Of a stretch of 64,000 nucleotides of DNA, positions 10,987 through 18,934 are shown one piece after another. The notes beneath the pieces were generated by a model that was given only the letters and a program-made list of their open reading frames with translations, searched no databases and had not been told where the DNA came from. Numbering within the stretch: position 1 is the first letter of the stretch; the number at the start of each line of letters is the position of its first letter. The stretch is from Clostridia bacterium (GTDB lineage: Bacteria; Bacillota; Clostridia; Christensenellales; Aristaeellaceae): positions 13,040 to 77,039 of the forward strand of contig JAGBEX010000033.1 of the NCBI GenBank assembly GCA_017936765.1, read 5' to 3'. Both the position numbers and the translations under genes were made by a program.

Positions 10987-11687
10987 AGCTGCTGGCCATT
11001 GATACATCCGGCCCGGTATGCGGTGTGGCGATCCTGACGGAAGCAGGCATCGCCTACGAATGCGCAGCGGTGAATAAACTGACCCATTCCACCAACCTGA
11101 TGCCCATGGTGGAGGCCGCCTTTGCCGCCACGGGGCTGACCGTGCAGGACATGGATCGCATTGCGGTGGTCACGGGGCCTGGCTCCTTTACTGGCGTGCG
11201 CATTGGCGTCAGCACGGCCAAGGGGCTGGCCCATGGCGCTGGCAAGCCCTGCGTAGCCGTGGACGCCCTGGAGGCCATGGCGGCGGGCGTGGGGGAGTTC
11301 AGCGGCATCATTTGCCCCATTCAGGATGCTCGCGCCGGGCAGGTGTATGGTGCGGCTTTCTCCGCCGGGGACGTGCGGCCTGACCGCCTGATGGAGGACA
11401 CTCCCCTGAAGGTGGAGGAATACGTGGCGGCCATCCAGTCCATGGGGGACAGGTTCCTGTTCCTGGGGGATGGTATGCCCGTGCAGAAAGCCAAGCTGCA
11501 GGCCTTGCTGGGCGATGCAGCGGTGTTTGCTAACCCCCAGCAGGCTTTCCTGCGTCCGGCGGCGGTGGCCTATCTGGGCAGCCTGGCCACGGAGGAAATG
11601 GACTACCTGGAGCTGATGCCCATGTATCTGCGGGCGCCCAACGCGGAGCGCAACAAGCGCCTGACGGAGGCTGCCAATGCAAAATAA
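10983..11687 (+). CDS. tsaB: tRNA t6A biosynthesis protein TsaB
   Basis: MKLLAIDTSGPVCGVAIL N-terminus; its start overlaps the tsaE stop (ATGA). Confidence 0.85.
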   Translation: MKLLAIDTSGPVCGVAILTEAGIAYECAAVNKLTHSTNLMPMVEAAFAATGLTVQDMDRIAVVTGPGSFTGVRIGVSTAKGLAHGAGKPCVAVDALEAMAAGVGEFSGIICPIQDARAGQVYGAAFSAGDVRPDRLMEDTPLKVEEYVAAIQSMGDRFLFLGDGMPVQKAKLQALLGDAAVFANPQQAFLRPAAVAYLGSLATEEMDYLELMPMYLRAPNAERNKRLTEAANAK

Positions 11688-12174
11688 CTGTACTGTGCGC
11701 CGCATGACGCTATCCGACCTGGATGCGGTGGTGGCCATTGAGGAAGCCACCTTTCCCACGCCCTGGAGCAAGGATTCCTTCCGGCAGGAGCTGGAGCGCA
11801 ATGTGGCTGCCCGCTACCTGGTGGCGGAAAAGGACGGCGCGGTGATCGGCTATGCCGGTGCGTGGGTGATACTGGACGAGAGCCACATCACCAACATTGC
11901 CATTGCGGAAAGCCAGCGGGGCAACGGCTATGGCCGCATCCTCACGGAAGCGCTGATGCAGTATCTCTCCAACCTGGGCGCGGCCTATGCCACCCTGGAG
12001 GTGCGCCGGAGCAACATCCGGGCGCAGAACCTGTATAAGAGCGTGGGGTTCATTCAGCTGGGGGTACGCAAGCGCTATTATGAGGACAACCAGGAGGATG
12101 CCTTCATTATGGTGTGCGACCATATGCCGGAGGCTGATCCGGATTTTGAGGAAGAGGAAACGGTAACCGAATAA
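11677..12174 (+). CDS. rimI: Ribosomal-protein-alanine N-acetyltransferase RimI (GNAT)
   Basis: GNAT core QRGNGYGRIL and the conserved position after tsaB. An alternative start is Met at 11704. Confidence 0.8.
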   Translation: MQNNCTVRRMTLSDLDAVVAIEEATFPTPWSKDSFRQELERNVAARYLVAEKDGAVIGYAGAWVILDESHITNIAIAESQRGNGYGRILTEALMQYLSNLGAAYATLEVRRSNIRAQNLYKSVGFIQLGVRKRYYEDNQEDAFIMVCDHMPEADPDFEEEETVTE

Positions 12175-12213
12175 AAAAGCGCCATCGGCCAAGCATGGTC
12201 GGTGGCGCTTTTG
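12175..12213 (+). terminator. Rho-independent terminator after rimI
   Basis: aaaaaagcgcca...tggcgctttt hairpin with flanking A- and T-runs. Confidence 0.6.
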
Positions 12214-12220
12214 CGTTGCA

Positions 12221-12520
12221 TCAGTTGGACTGAAGAGCCAACGCTTTTTTGGTGTAGGGGTGATTTTCGCCCAGGGTGTTGAGCAGGATTTGGGTGGCAG
12301 CGCTGATGGACGTGGTGAAATTCATACAGGGCGGCGGCTGGGATGCTGCTTTCCATACCCAGCTTTTCGATCAGCTTAGTCACCGACCGGTATTTGGAGC
12401 GGTATAGACCGGCAAAAAGCACCAGCGATAGAGAAGGCTCCCCTGCACAGAAGCATAATGTTGGGCAAGATCCTGATCCCGATTTTCCTGCATGTAACGG
12501 CTGCTGGCTGGCCTAGGGAT
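12221..12520 (-). pseudogene. Possible frameshifted gene remnant (unknown family)
   Basis: Three consecutive minus-strand frames carry protein-like stretches. They are MQENRDQDLAQHYASVQGSLL, LSLVLFAGLYRSKYRSVTKLIEKLGMESSIPAAALYEF and NFTTSISAATQILLNTLGENHPYTKKALALQSN*. There is no SD or clear start. Confidence 0.2.
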
Positions 12521-12584
12521 AAGGGCAGTACATCAAATTATTTGCATTTAAAAACATAATGCCAAATGTGCAAAAAAAGGTACA

Positions 12585-13934
12585 TCATCGTTGTCTGGCA
12601 GAAACATGGGCATCCCGGGCGGCGGGGCCGTCCAGCGCTTGCCCCAAGGTGGTAAAGGTGGAGCCGTGGCAGGGACATTCCCAGCGCTGGGAGTCCGGGT
12701 CGTAGCGCAGCTTGCCGCCCATGTGGGTGCAGGTAGGCGCGCCCAGCCGGGGCAGGCCGCCCAGATAGGCTCCTGTGACGCGCAGGGCTTCGTTCAGCCT
12801 GGGGGAGGGACGATCCGGCCGGAACAGGGCTGCTTCCGGCAGCGGGTGGCCGGTGATCTGCCCGGTCAGCACCCGTGCAGCCAGATAGCTGCCCACCACA
12901 CCCCAGCCGCTATAGCCTGTGGCCATGAGGATGTGGCTGTGCTGCGGCTTGATGGCACCGATCAGCGGCAGGCCGTCGCCGCTCCACACATCCTGGCGAA
13001 TGTGGCTTTCCACCACGCGCATATCGGGCAGCAGCGCCCGCAGCGTTCGCTGCAAAATGAGCTGCCTGCCCGGATGCTCCTTGCTTCCGGTGCGGCCCAG
13101 ATCCCAGGCCAGCAGCGCGCCGGTGGGGGTGGGGCGCAGGGTGAGTTCATCCCCCTGTACGGAGAGATGGATGTTCAGGATGGGCGCACCTCCCTCCAGC
13201 GTCACCGTCTGGCAGGTGCGCTGCTGCATCATGCACAGGCGGGGAAGCCAGGTGCAGCCCATGGGGGAGCCGGTGGCCAGCAGGATGGTCTCGGCCTCCA
13301 CGCTGCCGCTGTCCGTCAGCACCTGATGGCCTTCCACGGCGCGGACGGGGGAATGCTCGAACACCCGGCAGCCTTGCGCTTTGGCGGCTTCCACCAGCGC
13401 CATAAGATAGGGCAGGGGCTGCACCAGCAGCTGATGCTGCAGCGCCAGGGACAATTCCACAGGGAAGGGGCAGCCGCCTGCATCCGGCGCCACGGTGACG
13501 GGCAGCCCCAACTGGGCTTCCAGCCGATGCAGTTTGTGCAGGGCGGGGAGGTCATCGGTGGTTTCGGCAAAGACGTAGACGCTCTGCTCCTGGGTGGGAA
13601 CGCCCAGCTGCTGGCACAGCTGACGAAGGCCGGGGATGGCCTCCCGCACCATGCGGCAATAGGCTGCGGCGGCATCCATTCCGACAGCATCGGCGATGGT
13701 CTGGTACACGCCCACCAGCTGGCTGGTGACCTTGCCCGTGCAGTTCCAGGATGCACCACGCCCCAGCTGGCGACCCTCTATCAATACCACGCTGACTCCG
13801 GCGGCACTCAGCATGGCTGCGCAGGCCGCGCCTGTTAATCCACCGCCCACAATAGCCACATCGGCCTGCACCATGCCACGCAGGGTAGGATGCTCCTGCC
13901 GGATGCCCGGCTCCCAATGGGGAAAGTCCTCCAT
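12585..13934 (-). CDS. FAD-dependent oxidoreductase fused to a C-terminal Rieske [2Fe-2S] domain
   Basis: Dinucleotide-binding VAIVGGGLTGAACA. C-terminal CTHMGG...CPCHGS matches the Rieske CxH...CxxH motif. SD AGGAGG precedes ATG at 13934 (Met13 of the listed ORF). Confidence 0.8.
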   Translation of the reverse strand: MEDFPHWEPGIRQEHPTLRGMVQADVAIVGGGLTGAACAAMLSAAGVSVVLIEGRQLGRGASWNCTGKVTSQLVGVYQTIADAVGMDAAAAYCRMVREAIPGLRQLCQQLGVPTQEQSVYVFAETTDDLPALHKLHRLEAQLGLPVTVAPDAGGCPFPVELSLALQHQLLVQPLPYLMALVEAAKAQGCRVFEHSPVRAVEGHQVLTDSGSVEAETILLATGSPMGCTWLPRLCMMQQRTCQTVTLEGGAPILNIHLSVQGDELTLRPTPTGALLAWDLGRTGSKEHPGRQLILQRTLRALLPDMRVVESHIRQDVWSGDGLPLIGAIKPQHSHILMATGYSGWGVVGSYLAARVLTGQITGHPLPEAALFRPDRPSPRLNEALRVTGAYLGGLPRLGAPTCTHMGGKLRYDPDSQRWECPCHGSTFTTLGQALDGPAARDAHVSARQR

Positions 13935-14052
13935 GTTGCTCACCTCCTGAGGGGATAGGGTGAGCAACATGGTGCAGAAATATGCCTACAATTTTGCCTA
14001 CATATGATGTGTAATTCGTTGTGTACATATTGTGTACAAGCTGAAATCACGC

Positions 14053-14088
14053 ACAAAAAAACCTTGCAAACCATTGATTTGCAAGGCT
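14053..14088 (-). terminator. Rho-independent terminator downstream of tRNA-Pro
   Basis: The minus strand reads ccttgcaaatcaatggtttgcaagg followed by tttttttt. Confidence 0.7.
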
Positions 14089-14094
14089 TTCACG

Positions 14095-14168
14095 TCTGGG
14101 TGAGAGGATTCGAACCTCCGGCCTCTTGAACCCCATTCAAGCACGCTACCAAACTGCGCCACACCCAG
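14095..14168 (-). tRNA. tRNA-Pro (anticodon GGG), CCA not encoded
   Basis: Hand-folded cloverleaf. Acceptor CTGGGTG/CACCCAG with discriminator A; D arm GCGC-AGTTTGGTA-GCGT. Anticodon stem CTTGA/TCAAG with loop A-T-GGG-G-T; T arm GGAGG-TTCGAAT-CCTCT. C1:G72, A73 and G37 are typical of bacterial tRNA-Pro. Confidence 0.9.
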
Positions 14169-14300
14169 ATATTCTTTTCGTTCGGCTGTCCAGCGAACGA
14201 ATATGATTATAGCACGAGGACGGGGGGATGTCAAGCATTTTTTTGAAAAAAGTTATACTTTCTTGGCGTGGTGGAGGTGCTTCCCATTTGGGGAAGGGTG

Positions 14301-14309
14301 TGGTATAAT
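14301..14309 (+). promoter_or_regulatory. Extended -10 element TGgTATAAT upstream of the HAD phosphatase gene
   Basis: tggtataat at 14301-14309, about 30 nt before the SD GGAGGAGG. Confidence 0.45.
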
Positions 14310-14337
14310 GTTGCAAATGCAACGGAGGAGGATGGGT

Positions 14338-15138
14338 ATGACGGAAGCGGAGATCCGGGCGAAGCTGGCGGGTGTGCGCTGCTTTTTGCTGGACATGGAT
14401 GGCACGTTTTACCTGGGAGATAAGCTGATCGAGGGTTCGCTGGACTTTTTGGCGGCGTTGGAGCGCACAGGGCGCACGGCCAGGTTTTTGACCAACAATT
14501 CCTCCAAGTCGGCGGCGGTGTATGCGCAGAAGCTGCAGCGCATGGGCGTGGATGAAAAGTACCGCGACGTGATGACCTCCGGCCATGCGGCGGCGCACTA
14601 TTGCCTGAAGAAGTTCCCCGGGGGCAAGTGCTATCTGCTGGGGAATCCCATGCTGGCGGAGGAACTGACGGGCATGGGTCTGCAGCTGACGGAGGACGAG
14701 CCGGACTATGTGCTGGTGGCCTTCGATACCACGCTGGACTATGCCAAGATGTGCAAGGTGTGCGACTACATCCGGGAGGGCAAGCCCTACATTGCCACGC
14801 ACCCGGACTACAACTGCCCCACGGAGACGGGCTTTATCCCGGACATGGGGGCGATCATGGCGTTTATCGAGGCCAGCACCGGGCGCAAGGCGGATATCAT
14901 TCTCGGCAAGCCCTATGGGGGCATTGTGGAGGAAGCGCTGGACCGCACGGGCTTTAAGCTGGAGGAGATGGCCATGGTGGGCGACCGACTGTACACGGAC
15001 GTGGCCACCGGCGTGAACCACGGCATGATCGGCATTCTGGTGCTTTCCGGCGAGGCGACCATGGAGGACGTGGCGGTTTCGGATGTGAAGCCTGATTTGA
15101 TCTTCGGCAGGCTTAGCGATATGATTCCTTATCTGTAA
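14338..15138 (+). CDS. HAD-IIA family phosphatase (NagD-like)
   Basis: LLDMDGTFY (DxDGT nucleophile motif), the TNNSS motif and MVGDRLYTDV. ATG 14338 lies after SD GGAGGAGG. Confidence 0.8.
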   Translation: MTEAEIRAKLAGVRCFLLDMDGTFYLGDKLIEGSLDFLAALERTGRTARFLTNNSSKSAAVYAQKLQRMGVDEKYRDVMTSGHAAAHYCLKKFPGGKCYLLGNPMLAEELTGMGLQLTEDEPDYVLVAFDTTLDYAKMCKVCDYIREGKPYIATHPDYNCPTETGFIPDMGAIMAFIEASTGRKADIILGKPYGGIVEEALDRTGFKLEEMAMVGDRLYTDVATGVNHGMIGILVLSGEATMEDVAVSDVKPDLIFGRLSDMIPYL

Positions 15139-15153
15139 GAGAGGGGCAAAGCA

Positions 15154-16272
15154 ATGTTTTACACGCAGTTTCCTAACACGGATATCCAGTCCAGTATGCT
15201 GGGCTTCGGCTGTATGCGCCTGCCGGTGAAGGATGGCAAGATAGACGAAAAAGAGGCCATCCGCATGATCCGCCATGCCATCGACAGCGGCGTGACCTAT
15301 ATCGACACGGCGTACCCCTATCACGGCGGCGAGAGCGAGATCGTGGTGGGGAAGGCCTTGCAGGATGGCTACCGCGAGAAGGTGACCCTGGCCACCAAGC
15401 TGCCCTGCTGGAATGTGCATAAGCACGAGGATATGATGGCGATCCTGGATGAACAGCTGCAGAAGCTGCAGACGGATCACATCGATTTCTACCTGATGCA
15501 CGCCATGAACGGCGAGCGCCTGGAAGAAATGCAGAAGTACGACTACAAGAGCTTTCTGGATGAAGCGCTGGCGCAGGGCAAGATCCGCTATCCTGCCTTC
15601 TCCTTCCACGATGGTTATGATGCCTTTATGCGCATCCTGAACGACTATGACTGGAAGATGTGCCAGGTGCAGATGAACATCCTGGACGACGAGAACCAAT
15701 GCACGCTGGAAGGCATTCGTCAGGCGGGCAAGAAGGGCGTGGGCGTGGTGATCATGGAGCCTCTGCGCGGCGGCCTGCTGGCTAATCCGCCCGAGGACGT
15801 GGTGGCTGCCTATGCCCAGTATCAGGATCAGCGCTCTCCGGTGGAGTGGGCGTTCCGCTACCTGTACACCATGCCGGAGGTGAAGTGCATCCTGTCCGGC
15901 ATGAGCAACTGGGAGCAGCTGGTGGACAACCTGAACATTTTTGACCTGGAGGGTCAGCCGGAGCTGAACGAGGACGAGAAGGCGCTCTATGTGAAGGTGA
16001 AGGACACCTACATCGCCCGCACCAAGACCCGTTGCACCGGCTGCCGGTATTGCCAGCCCTGCCCCATGGGCGTGGCGATCCCCCACATCTTCCAGAACTA
16101 CGACACCAGTATGCTGCGCGCCCAGGGCAGCTACAAGGACGGTTATGCCAAGGTGATCGCTGACGAGCGTGATGCATCCCGCTGCGTGCAGTGCGGACAA
16201 TGCGAGGCGGCCTGCCCGCAGCATCTGCCGATCATTCGGTATTTGCAGGAGATCCACGAGGAATGTAAGTGA
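15154..16272 (+). CDS. Aldo/keto reductase with C-terminal 4Fe-4S ferredoxin-type domain
   Basis: AKR N-terminus (GFGCMRLP, IDTAYPYHGGESE). C-terminal CTGCRYCQPCP and CVQCGQCEAACP cysteine clusters. Confidence 0.85.
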   Translation: MFYTQFPNTDIQSSMLGFGCMRLPVKDGKIDEKEAIRMIRHAIDSGVTYIDTAYPYHGGESEIVVGKALQDGYREKVTLATKLPCWNVHKHEDMMAILDEQLQKLQTDHIDFYLMHAMNGERLEEMQKYDYKSFLDEALAQGKIRYPAFSFHDGYDAFMRILNDYDWKMCQVQMNILDDENQCTLEGIRQAGKKGVGVVIMEPLRGGLLANPPEDVVAAYAQYQDQRSPVEWAFRYLYTMPEVKCILSGMSNWEQLVDNLNIFDLEGQPELNEDEKALYVKVKDTYIARTKTRCTGCRYCQPCPMGVAIPHIFQNYDTSMLRAQGSYKDGYAKVIADERDASRCVQCGQCEAACPQHLPIIRYLQEIHEECK

Positions 16273-16274
16273 GG

Positions 16275-16308
16275 AAAAGGCTCCGATACGAAAGTATCGG
16301 AGCCTTTT
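16275..16308 (+). terminator. Rho-independent terminator after the aldo/keto reductase gene
   Basis: aaaaggctccgatac-gaaa-gtatcggagcctttt. Confidence 0.75.
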
Positions 16309-16310
16309 CA

Positions 16311-16600
16311 AATGCGGAATGCGGAATGCGGAATTGAGAGTGTGGGACGGCGGGCGATCACAGATCGCCCCTACATATATTGGAAACCCAAAGCGGGGCA
16401 GCCCTCTCAGTCAGCGCAAGCGCTGACAGCTCTCCCGGAGGGAGAGCCGAGATATTGTCCCCGCGTCGCGGTGCGAACGTATTCGCACCGTGCCCCCTGC
16501 TCGGAGACCGCCAAGTAGCGCTATCCCCAAAAGGGAGTCCAGAGGGTCGAAGACCCTTTGGCGGGAGAGTCCAGAGAGGGCGGCGCCCTCTCTGGAAGCC
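16311..16600. repeat. Mosaic hairpin-module intergenic repeat, copy A (head array + modules)
   Basis: Head: gcggaat x3 (16314-16334) plus tgagagtgtgg. Then hairpins gggcgatc-aca-gatcgccc, gtcagcgc-aa-gcgctgac, gctctccc-gga-gggagagc and ggtgcgaa-cgta-ttcgcacc. Further hairpins are ccagaggg-tcgaaga-ccctttgg and ccagagaggg-cggc-gccctctctgg. The copy ends 3 nt from the rodA stop. Confidence 0.85.
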
Positions 16601-16602
16601 CC

Positions 16603-17808
16603 TTACCTGCGTGTGTTGAAACGGTAGGGGTTGGAGAGGGTTTGGGGGGTGAGGACGGTGGCGGAGAGGCTGCGGTTTTTGGTGACGTTGAGGACCAGGG
16701 CGACGCCGCCCATATTGGTGACCATGTTGGAGCCGCCGTAGGAGAGGAAGGGCAGGGGGATGCCGGTGATGGGCATGAGGCCGAGGGTCATGCCGATGTT
16801 CTCGAAGACGTGGAAGAGCAGCATACCCATAACGCCCACGATGATTAGCATACCGAATTTATCGCGGGTATAGCGCGCCAGGTAGAGCATACGCAGGATG
16901 ATGAGCAGATACACCACCAGGATGGTGATGCAGCCCACAAAGCCGAAGGCCTCGCCGATGGTGGAATAGATGAAGTCCGTCCAGTCGGCGGGAACGTAGT
17001 TCAGCTGGGACATGGCGCCATCCACAAACATGCCAATGCCCCTCACGCCGCCGGAGCCGATGGCCATCATGCTTTGCAGCTGCTGATAGGCATCGTCGGC
17101 GGGGGAAAGCTCGGGGTTGATGAAGGCCATGATACGGGCAAGACGGTAGTCGTCGGAGCCGGTGGCCACCATGAAGCCATACAGGGACAGGATGGCCAGC
17201 ACGGCCACGGCACCCATGCTGAGCAGCAGCTTGATATCCACATTGGAGAAAAACAGCATGATCACAAACAGGAAGATGATCACCAACACGGAGCCAGTTT
17301 CGCCGGAAAGCAGGATGATCAGGCTGGGAATGCCCACGAGAATCATGATGTGCATGAATTCCTTCACGGTACTCATGGGGCGCTCGTAGCGGGAGAGGGT
17401 TTTGGCCAGCATGAGGATCATGGCCAGCTTGGCAAACTCGGAAGGCTGTATGGTGAAGCCCCAGATGATGTCCAGCCAGGCCTTCACGCCCTCGGCACGG
17501 TTGAAGATCCACACCACGAAAACCAGAATGGTGATGCCGTAGTAGAGCAGCTCGGTGTGGCGGCGCATGAAATCATAGGGGATGTTGCAGACCACCAGCA
17601 GAATGAAGGGCGCTACCGCCAGGAAAATGCACTGGTTGACGGCAAAGGAGGAATTGACGATGTGGTTCAGCAGGGATGCCTCCGGGGAGGACGAGGTGGA
17701 ATAAGTAGCGACACACACCGCCAGAACGCCAAAGATCGCCATGCCAAAGACCAGCACGATGAGCGTTTTGTCAATGTGGGCGCGGGAACGTCTGTTTTCA
17801 GCAATCAA
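16603..17808 (-). CDS. rodA: SEDS-family peptidoglycan polymerase (RodA/FtsW); RodA by context
   Basis: A 401-aa polytopic FtsW/RodA/SpoVE-type sequence. It is the last gene of the mreBCD-PBP2-minD cluster and its start overlaps the minD stop by 11 nt. Confidence 0.8.
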   Translation of the reverse strand: MIAENRRSRAHIDKTLIVLVFGMAIFGVLAVCVATYSTSSSPEASLLNHIVNSSFAVNQCIFLAVAPFILLVVCNIPYDFMRRHTELLYYGITILVFVVWIFNRAEGVKAWLDIIWGFTIQPSEFAKLAMILMLAKTLSRYERPMSTVKEFMHIMILVGIPSLIILLSGETGSVLVIIFLFVIMLFFSNVDIKLLLSMGAVAVLAILSLYGFMVATGSDDYRLARIMAFINPELSPADDAYQQLQSMMAIGSGGVRGIGMFVDGAMSQLNYVPADWTDFIYSTIGEAFGFVGCITILVVYLLIILRMLYLARYTRDKFGMLIIVGVMGMLLFHVFENIGMTLGLMPITGIPLPFLSYGGSNMVTNMGGVALVLNVTKNRSLSATVLTPQTLSNPYRFNTRR

Positions 17809-18613
17809 GGCGCTTGACCTCCTTGAGTTTGGGGCCGAAGAGGCGGCGCATCAGGCTGGGCTTGACCGCGCCGTAAGCGGGGAGATCCAGCTCGAAACCG
17901 GCCATGCGGCGGGCAATGCGATCCAGCGCCTCGCAGCCCTCGCAGGCCACGTCCATGATGCTCATGTGCTTGAGCAGGGCGCGGTAGATCATAGGCTCCT
18001 CCGGCACTTCGCCCAGCAGCTCCAGATCCAGGGTCTGGGCAACGGTGCGGGCGGTGTACATCTCGCCATGCTGGATCAGCTGAGGATCCAGGCGGTTCAC
18101 GATGAGCTGAGGACGGGGCAGCTCCTTTTCCTGCATGAGCGCCACCACCCGCTCGGCATTGCGGATGCAGATGTCGTCAGGGGTGCAGACGACGATGGTC
18201 TTGTCGATGAGCTGATTCATCAGGCCGCGGAGACTGCGCTCGATGCCTGCGGGGCAATCGATGATCACATGGTCGTTGGTCTCCTTGAGCAGCATGAGGA
18301 TGCGGCGGAAGGCCTTGGGTTCCAGCTCCTTGGCGCGGCAGAACTGGGCTGCGGGCAGGAGGGTGAGGTTGGGCATATCGGCAGGGGAGACAAGCGCCTG
18401 GGGCAGGCGGCAGTCCTTGTGGGCAACGTCCACCAGGTCGTACACGATGCGATCCTCCAGGCCGAGAATGGCGTCCTGGTCGCGCAGACCAATATCGGCA
18501 TCCACGATGCAGACCTTCAGGTCGCGCTTGGCCAGGGCGGTGGCCAGGGCAGAGGAAATGGTGGACTTACCTACGCCGCCTTTGCCGGAAGCGATCATCC
18601 AAATGAGACCCAT
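17798..18613 (-). CDS. minD: Septum site-determining ATPase MinD
   Basis: Deviant Walker A SGKGGVGKS, plus DADIGLRDQDAILGLEDRIVYDLVDV and IIDCPAGIE. C-terminal amphipathic SLMRRLFGPKLKEV. Confidence 0.85.
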   Translation of the reverse strand: MGLIWMIASGKGGVGKSTISSALATALAKRDLKVCIVDADIGLRDQDAILGLEDRIVYDLVDVAHKDCRLPQALVSPADMPNLTLLPAAQFCRAKELEPKAFRRILMLLKETNDHVIIDCPAGIERSLRGLMNQLIDKTIVVCTPDDICIRNAERVVALMQEKELPRPQLIVNRLDPQLIQHGEMYTARTVAQTLDLELLGEVPEEPMIYRALLKHMSIMDVACEGCEALDRIARRMAGFELDLPAYGAVKPSLMRRLFGPKLKEVKRLDC

Positions 18614-18629
18614 GAAATCACCTCGAAAA

Positions 18630-18930
18630 GGAATTCGGAATTCGGAATTATGAATTAGGAATTGAGCGTGTGGCGCAGCACAAAGCTGCGCGTTGAAGCA
18701 AGTGGCGCAGCCCTCTCAGTCAGCGCAAGCGCTGACAGCTCTCCCGGAGGGAGAGCCAAGGCGGTGACTTACCCTGCGTCGCGGCGCGCCCGTTGCGCGG
18801 CGTGACCCCAGCTCGGAGACCGCCCAGCAGCGCCATCCCCGAATGGGTTTCGAAAGGGCCGAACGGCCCTTCGCGGAGGGTTTCCAAAGGGAGGCAGCGC
18901 CTCCCTTTGGTCGCCGAAGGCGAAACGTAC
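18630..18930. repeat. Mosaic hairpin-module intergenic repeat, copy B
   Basis: Head: five heptamers ggaattc/ggaattc/ggaatta/tgaatta/ggaattg (18630-18664) plus agcgtgtgg. 18707-18757 is identical to 16398-16448 (51 nt). It fills the whole gap between the PBP2 stop (18935) and the minD start (18613). Confidence 0.85.
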
Positions 18931-18934
18931 CCCC

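Noticed and set aside
12078-12422. 114-aa minus-strand ORF
   Set aside because: Its 3' half is antisense to rimI and crosses the rimI terminator. Only the 5' part is considered, as a possible frameshifted relic (see findings).
14146-16311. 721-aa minus-strand ORF
   Set aside because: It is antisense to the HAD phosphatase and aldo/keto reductase genes and overlaps the tRNA-Pro gene.
16314-16345. Could the tandem heptamer arrays be a CRISPR array or a degenerate one?
   Set aside because: The period is only 7-8 nt with no spacers and at most 5 units, and there are no cas genes. They are micro-/minisatellite-like heads of the repeat family.
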